From NCBI GenBank assembly GCA_036259115.1, contig DATACK010000027.1, forward strand, positions 1 through 62,083: a stretch of 62,083 nt of DNA, written 5' to 3'. The position numbers and the translations under genes are program-made. The DNA is from Gammaproteobacteria bacterium (GTDB lineage Bacteria; Pseudomonadota; Gammaproteobacteria; JACCYU01). The notes below the pieces were generated by a model that did not search any database, had not been told where the DNA came from, and saw only the letters and a list, made by a program, of their open reading frames with translations. Below, piece after piece: positions 58,259 through 62,083 of this stretch (the stretch's first letter is position 1; every line of letters begins with the position of its first letter).

Positions 58259-58988
58259 GGCTACCTTGTGCGCCTTAGCACTCCTTGGTGCCCTGCCCCT
58301 CATCGCGCCGGCCGCGGAAGAGGCGGGGCCGCTGGAGCAGATCGATGTCTATCTCGATAATGTACCCTCCTTGCAGCGCGGCGCTAAGTACTTCGTTAAC
58401 TACTGCTCCGGCTGCCACTCCCTCAAACATATGCGTTACAGGCGGCTCGCGCAGGATCTAGATCTCACGCCCCAACAGGTGGAGAAAAATCTGATCTTCA
58501 CCGGCCACAAGATCGGCGACACCATGACCATCGCCATGCGTGCCAAGGACGCCGAAAAATGGTTCGGCAAGGCGCCACCGGACCTATCCCTTGCGGCGCG
58601 CGCGCGTGGCGCGGACTGGCTATATACCTTTTTGAAGACCTTTTATTTGGACGATACGGGCCGCTTCGGCGTAAACAACCTGGTCTATCCGGACGTGGCC
58701 ATGCCACACGTGCTGGGTGTGTTGCAGGGTTGGCAGATACCTGTGTACAAAAAGCATAGCGGCAGCGAAGAACCCGCCATAGACCATCTAAGGCTGGCTC
58801 AACCTGGCCTGATGCCCCCGGATGAATACGACCGCGTGGTGCGCGATTTGGTAACTTTCTTGGCCTATGTGGGGGAACCTTCCCAACTGACGCGTATGCG
58901 CGTGGGCTTTTGGGCACTGCTGTTTTTAGCCGTATTGTTAGTGCTGTCTTATCTGCTCTACAAAGAATATTGGAAGGATGTACATTAG
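58251..58988 (+). CDS. petC: Cytochrome c1
   Basis: 245 aa with a signal peptide, haem c motif CSGCHS and a C-terminal TM anchor (WALLFLAVLLVLSYLLY). Confidence 0.92.
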   Translation: MCRATLCALALLGALPLIAPAAEEAGPLEQIDVYLDNVPSLQRGAKYFVNYCSGCHSLKHMRYRRLAQDLDLTPQQVEKNLIFTGHKIGDTMTIAMRAKDAEKWFGKAPPDLSLAARARGADWLYTFLKTFYLDDTGRFGVNNLVYPDVAMPHVLGVLQGWQIPVYKKHSGSEEPAIDHLRLAQPGLMPPDEYDRVVRDLVTFLAYVGEPSQLTRMRVGFWALLFLAVLLVLSYLLYKEYWKDVH

Positions 58989-59047
58989 ATCATCGGTCAA
59001 GCCTTGACTACATCGTCGGGCTTTCTACTCTTTGCCGGAGAACTTCA

Positions 59048-59674
59048 ATGGCGCAGATCGCCAGCCGCAGATCGGGCATGACTTTATTCTCGGATCCATT
59101 ATGTCCGCAGAGTCATCGCGCCCGTATTGTGCTCGCGGAAAAAGACATTACCGTCGATGTAGTGTACATCGATCCCCATCATAAGCCAGAAGACTTAGCC
59201 GACATAAACCCTTACAACTCGGTACCCACCTTGGTTGATCGCGATCTCGTGTTATACGACGCACGCGTGATCATGGAATATCTAGACGAGCGTTTTCCGC
59301 ACCCGCCCCTGATGGCCGTAGACCCAGTTTCGCGCGCGAAATTGCGTTTAGCCCTTTACCACATCGAGCGCGACTGGTACGGCCTGTTACCCGATCTCAC
59401 TTCCACTAACGAGAAGAAATCTGCAACTGCGCGGCAGGTCTTGCGCGAGAGTATACTGTCGACCGTTGAGTTATTCAGAGTCAAGCCGTTTTTCTTGAGC
59501 GATGAGTTTTCTCTGGTAGACTGTACTATAGCACCGATCCTGTGGCGCTTACCCAGTTTTGGCATCGAGCTACCGGCCGAGGCCCGCCCAATCCATCGCT
59601 ACGCCGACCGCACCTTCGCGCGGCCATCCTTTCGCGAGAGCCTGTCCGAGCATGAAATGGAGTTACGACCGTGA
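59048..59674 (+). CDS. sspA: Stringent starvation protein A (GST-like)
   Basis: The ATG at 59048 gives MAQIASRRSGMTLFSDPLCPQSHRARIVLAEKDI..NPYNSVPTLVDRDL.LY..R.IMEYLDERFPHPPLM, about 208 aa. Confidence 0.93.
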   Translation: MAQIASRRSGMTLFSDPLCPQSHRARIVLAEKDITVDVVYIDPHHKPEDLADINPYNSVPTLVDRDLVLYDARVIMEYLDERFPHPPLMAVDPVSRAKLRLALYHIERDWYGLLPDLTSTNEKKSATARQVLRESILSTVELFRVKPFFLSDEFSLVDCTIAPILWRLPSFGIELPAEARPIHRYADRTFARPSFRESLSEHEMELRP

Positions 59675-59798
59675 TCGACGCTGAATACACTGCAGGCTCA
59701 TCTTTCTGGTCGTCATTCGACTGCTGGGCCTTACTCGCATTGCTTTGCGGCATCGTGAATGAAAATTTCAGGTACTCATACTGACTAAACGATTGCAC

Positions 59799-60176
59799 AT
59801 GACATCCAGCCGTCCTTATCTGATTCGAGCGATCTATCAATGGATCGTCGATAATGGCGCCACGCCGTACTTACTGGTGGATGCCACGAATGACGCAGTG
59901 CAAGTGCCGCGGCAGTATGAGCAGGATGGCAAGATCGTGCTGAACATAAGTCCTACCGCAGTGTACGGTTTGACCCTTGGCAACGCTACGGTAACCTTCA
60001 GCGCGCGCTTCGGCGGGCAAGCCATGAACGTGGTGGTGCCAGTAGAGAGCATCATCGCCATTTATACCCGCGAAAATGGACAAGGCATGATGTTCGGCGA
60101 AGATGAGCCACAGCCGCCAGCGCCGCAGCCTGAGAACGACAAGGCTGGCAAACTACGCCTCAAGGTCATCAAATAG
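59799..60176 (+). CDS. sspB: ClpXP adaptor SspB
   Basis: [28 protein letters not shown].., with a flexible acidic/Pro-rich tail ending LRLKVIK (ClpX-binding-like). TTG at 59793 is an alternative start. Confidence 0.9.
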   Translation: MTSSRPYLIRAIYQWIVDNGATPYLLVDATNDAVQVPRQYEQDGKIVLNISPTAVYGLTLGNATVTFSARFGGQAMNVVVPVESIIAIYTRENGQGMMFGEDEPQPPAPQPENDKAGKLRLKVIK

Positions 60177-60187
60177 TAAGCACAATC

Positions 60188-60682
60188 ATGATCGAGGTAA
60201 TCCGCGGCGATATCACCACGCTTAAGATCGATGCCATTGTCAATGCGGCCAATCAGTCGCTCATGGGTGGCGGCGGGGTCGACGGCGCGATTCACCGGGC
60301 GGCCGGGCCAGAGCTTAAGGCTTACAACCGCAAGATTGGTGGATGCCCAACCGGCGAGGCACGTATCTCGCCCGGATTCAGGCTGCCGGCCAAATGGATC
60401 ATTCACACCGTGGGTCCGGTGTGGCGTGGTGGCGGGCATGGAGAGCCCCAGTCGCTCGAATCCTGCTACCGCAACAGCTTTGAGTTAGCTCGCAAGCATG
60501 GCATCCGTAGCATCGCGTTTCCTGGCATTAGCACCGGCGTCTATGGTTTTCCGAAAGATCAGGCTGGCACTATTGCCGTCGCGGTCATGCGTGACTTTGA
60601 TCATCGATTTGAACGCATCATCGCGTGTTGCTTCAGCGAGGAAGACGAGCGGCTCTATCGCGCCGAGATCAAGGATGGATGA
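60188..60682 (+). CDS. Macro-domain O-acetyl-ADP-ribose deacetylase (YmdB-like)
   Basis: 164 aa with [30 protein letters not shown] and ..[13 protein letters not shown] motifs. Confidence 0.9.
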   Translation: MIEVIRGDITTLKIDAIVNAANQSLMGGGGVDGAIHRAAGPELKAYNRKIGGCPTGEARISPGFRLPAKWIIHTVGPVWRGGGHGEPQSLESCYRNSFELARKHGIRSIAFPGISTGVYGFPKDQAGTIAVAVMRDFDHRFERIIACCFSEEDERLYRAEIKDG

Positions 60683-60855
60683 GTCCATTCTTAGCTCGGC
60701 TGATCGATTCATAATCTATACTCTTGCAGTGATCCATGCGCAGGATGCTACTTTCTCCGCTTCAAAGCACTCGGACATACATACAATCAAAATGCGACAT
60801 GAGGAGACAGGCAGAATCGTGCTAAACACCACCGCACAGGAGGCAATCTACCAAG

Positions 60856-61128
60856 ACGCAATTCCTCATACCGGCAATACTCGCGTTACTTGGCCTACCT
60901 GCGGCGCCGGCCTTCGCGGGCGACAAAGACTACACAAATTTCAAGACGAAGCAGCAGGCTCAGGCGTGGCTGGATAAATACAAAAACAATCCCAACGCCG
61001 ACGATTTGATAGACGATGACCTTGACGATAACAACGACGGCGTCGCATGCGAGGACTACAATTTTAAGCGGGCCGGTAATAAATGCAGGCCAATGGTCCC
61101 GAGACGATGCCCGGAACGATGGCGATGA
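60856..61128 (+). CDS. Small secreted protein with an Excalibur-type Ca-binding motif. No canonical start codon, so it is possibly inactivated.
   Basis: This frame is absent from the ORF track. It reads (T)QFLIPAILALLGLPAAPAFA|GDKDYTNFKTKQQAQAWLDKYKNNPNADDLIDDDLDDNNDGVACEDY... The first part is a signal peptide with an AFA-G cleavage site, and the acidic DxDxDGxxCE motif matches Excalibur. The frame opens after TAA at 60823-60825 and has no ATG/GTG/TTG before the signal peptide. An ACG at 60856 lies 12 nt after an AGGAGG sequence. Confidence 0.45.
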   Translation, partial: TQFLIPAILALLGLPAAPAFAGDKDYTNFKTKQQAQAWLDKYKNNPNADDLIDDDLDDNNDGVACEDYNFKRAGNKCRPMVPRRCPERWR

Positions 61129-61483
61129 TTAGGTAGACCACTAGAATCATCACGCAGCAGTGCCATCATCCACGTACTAGTGCTTAGTCGCGATGCGATT
61201 TTCGTGAACACGCTGTCAGGACCCGCAGTTTGAGTGAGTGGAAACCGATCTTGCAGATTCCGGTTTTGTAAAGGAATAGGAACAGCACAACCTACTGATC
61301 TGTTATCTAACCGAAGACCTTAAGTATGCGGTAGAGAAGGATTGGCTCACGAAAGATGCCGACAGTGAGTCGTGGCTACTTCCTGAGTCTGGATTCAATA
61401 AAGCCATTGGTAGTTACTTTTACCGGCATAGCCTGAGCGTAATAAGCTGAAGCTCTCGCGCGCCATATTGAGTCGCGAGGGGG

Positions 61484-62044
61484 TCAAGGCCGAGCCATGC
61501 CTGCCCTACGCCATAGCCTTTCAACTTGTGACTTATTGGTCTTCAAGTGGTGATAAGTTATAGGCCCAGGGCTCGATGTCACAAACTCTTCTTTGTTGCC
61601 CTTGAAAAACCCGTGCGGCCCATGCACATCTAACTGCGATGGCTCCCAATACTCAGGATTTATCCGGGAAACTGGCCCTGGCCCGATAAATGGCTGGCGC
61701 CCCCAGATTGGCAAAGCACCGTCTTTTGCCTTCTGCACTATATCCTCTATCGCCTTCATTACGCTCGTGAAATACTCAGCACCGTCCATTTCCTTATCAG
61801 GCCCCTCCCATGATCCAAACGCTACATAATGTACAGCGTCATAGAGCCATACATCCGGCTCAAGCCTCTGTTTTCGCTGGCGTCCCATGACAGCCACATA
61901 AAGTGGCAGGCAAACAAGTACAATGAACAGAATTAGTGATGTCCACTGCTTGATTTCCACTGATATGCCAGGCCATCGCTGTTCTGCCAGCCATTGTGGA
62001 AGTGCCTTCCCGCTGAATACCGGCCAAACAGTCCCTAGCCACAC
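61484..62044 (-). CDS. Hypothetical membrane-anchored protein, possibly continuing past the window edge
   Basis: 186-aa ORF (GTG start) with a hydrophobic segment WTSLILFIVLVCLPLYVAVMG followed by a soluble domain with no motif I recognise. The frame stays open upstream to position 62083. Its base composition looks less GC-rich than the core genes. Confidence 0.5.
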   Translation of the reverse strand: MWLGTVWPVFSGKALPQWLAEQRWPGISVEIKQWTSLILFIVLVCLPLYVAVMGRQRKQRLEPDVWLYDAVHYVAFGSWEGPDKEMDGAEYFTSVMKAIEDIVQKAKDGALPIWGRQPFIGPGPVSRINPEYWEPSQLDVHGPHGFFKGNKEEFVTSSPGPITYHHLKTNKSQVERLWRRAGMARP

Positions 62045-62083
62045 AAGGAACCCGCAGATCGGAGAAAGAATCGGGTGGTCACG

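Overview
This 62-kb window is almost entirely conserved core chromosome of a GC-rich gammaproteobacterium, with Pseudomonas/Xanthomonas-like synteny. I found no convincing novel multi-gene system, and no CRISPR array, IS element, tRNA or rRNA gene.

Gene order:
- A decayed pilC followed by pilD, coaE and zapD.
- On the minus strand, a Nudix-ThiE-like fusion, argJ and secA, then a plus-strand DUF721 gene.
- The complete dcw cell-wall/division cluster on the minus strand (lpxC, ftsZ, ftsA, ftsQ, ddl, murB, murC, murG, ftsW, murD, mraY, murF, murE, ftsI, ftsL, rsmH, mraZ), followed by an RNase P RNA gene.
- An Rrf2-sufBCDSU-sufT-Rieske Fe-S assembly operon, then mgtE.
- The rpoN neighbourhood: kdsD, kdsC, lptC, lptA, lptB, rpoN, hpf, hprK, rapZ, EIIA-Man and HPr.
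- mlaFEDCB, murA, hisG, a DAHP synthase, hisD, a Nif3-like gene, petABC, sspAB and a macro-domain deacetylase.
- A short, lower-GC, poorly explained region at the 3' edge.

Observations worth a second look:
1. pilC carries about five frameshifts and three in-frame stops, while its neighbours are intact.
2. mraZ has a single-base frameshift, yet its promoter and four 10-bp-phased GTGG operator repeats are intact.
3. The RNase P RNA is unusually long (about 495 nt), with expanded P3 and P12 arms.
4. The 575-nt mgtE leader contains a complementary 8-mer in three copies, which would allow mutually exclusive helices in the manner of a riboswitch.
5. ptsN and ptsI are missing from the hpf-hprK-rapZ-EIIA-HPr cluster.
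6. Cytochrome b has a C-terminal extension with two extra hydrophobic segments.
7. An Excalibur-motif secreted protein, not in the ORF track, has no canonical start codon.
8. Several oversized non-coding gaps may be gene remnants.

All calls rest on reading the translations and the sequence by eye. No database search was run. Start codons are best guesses.
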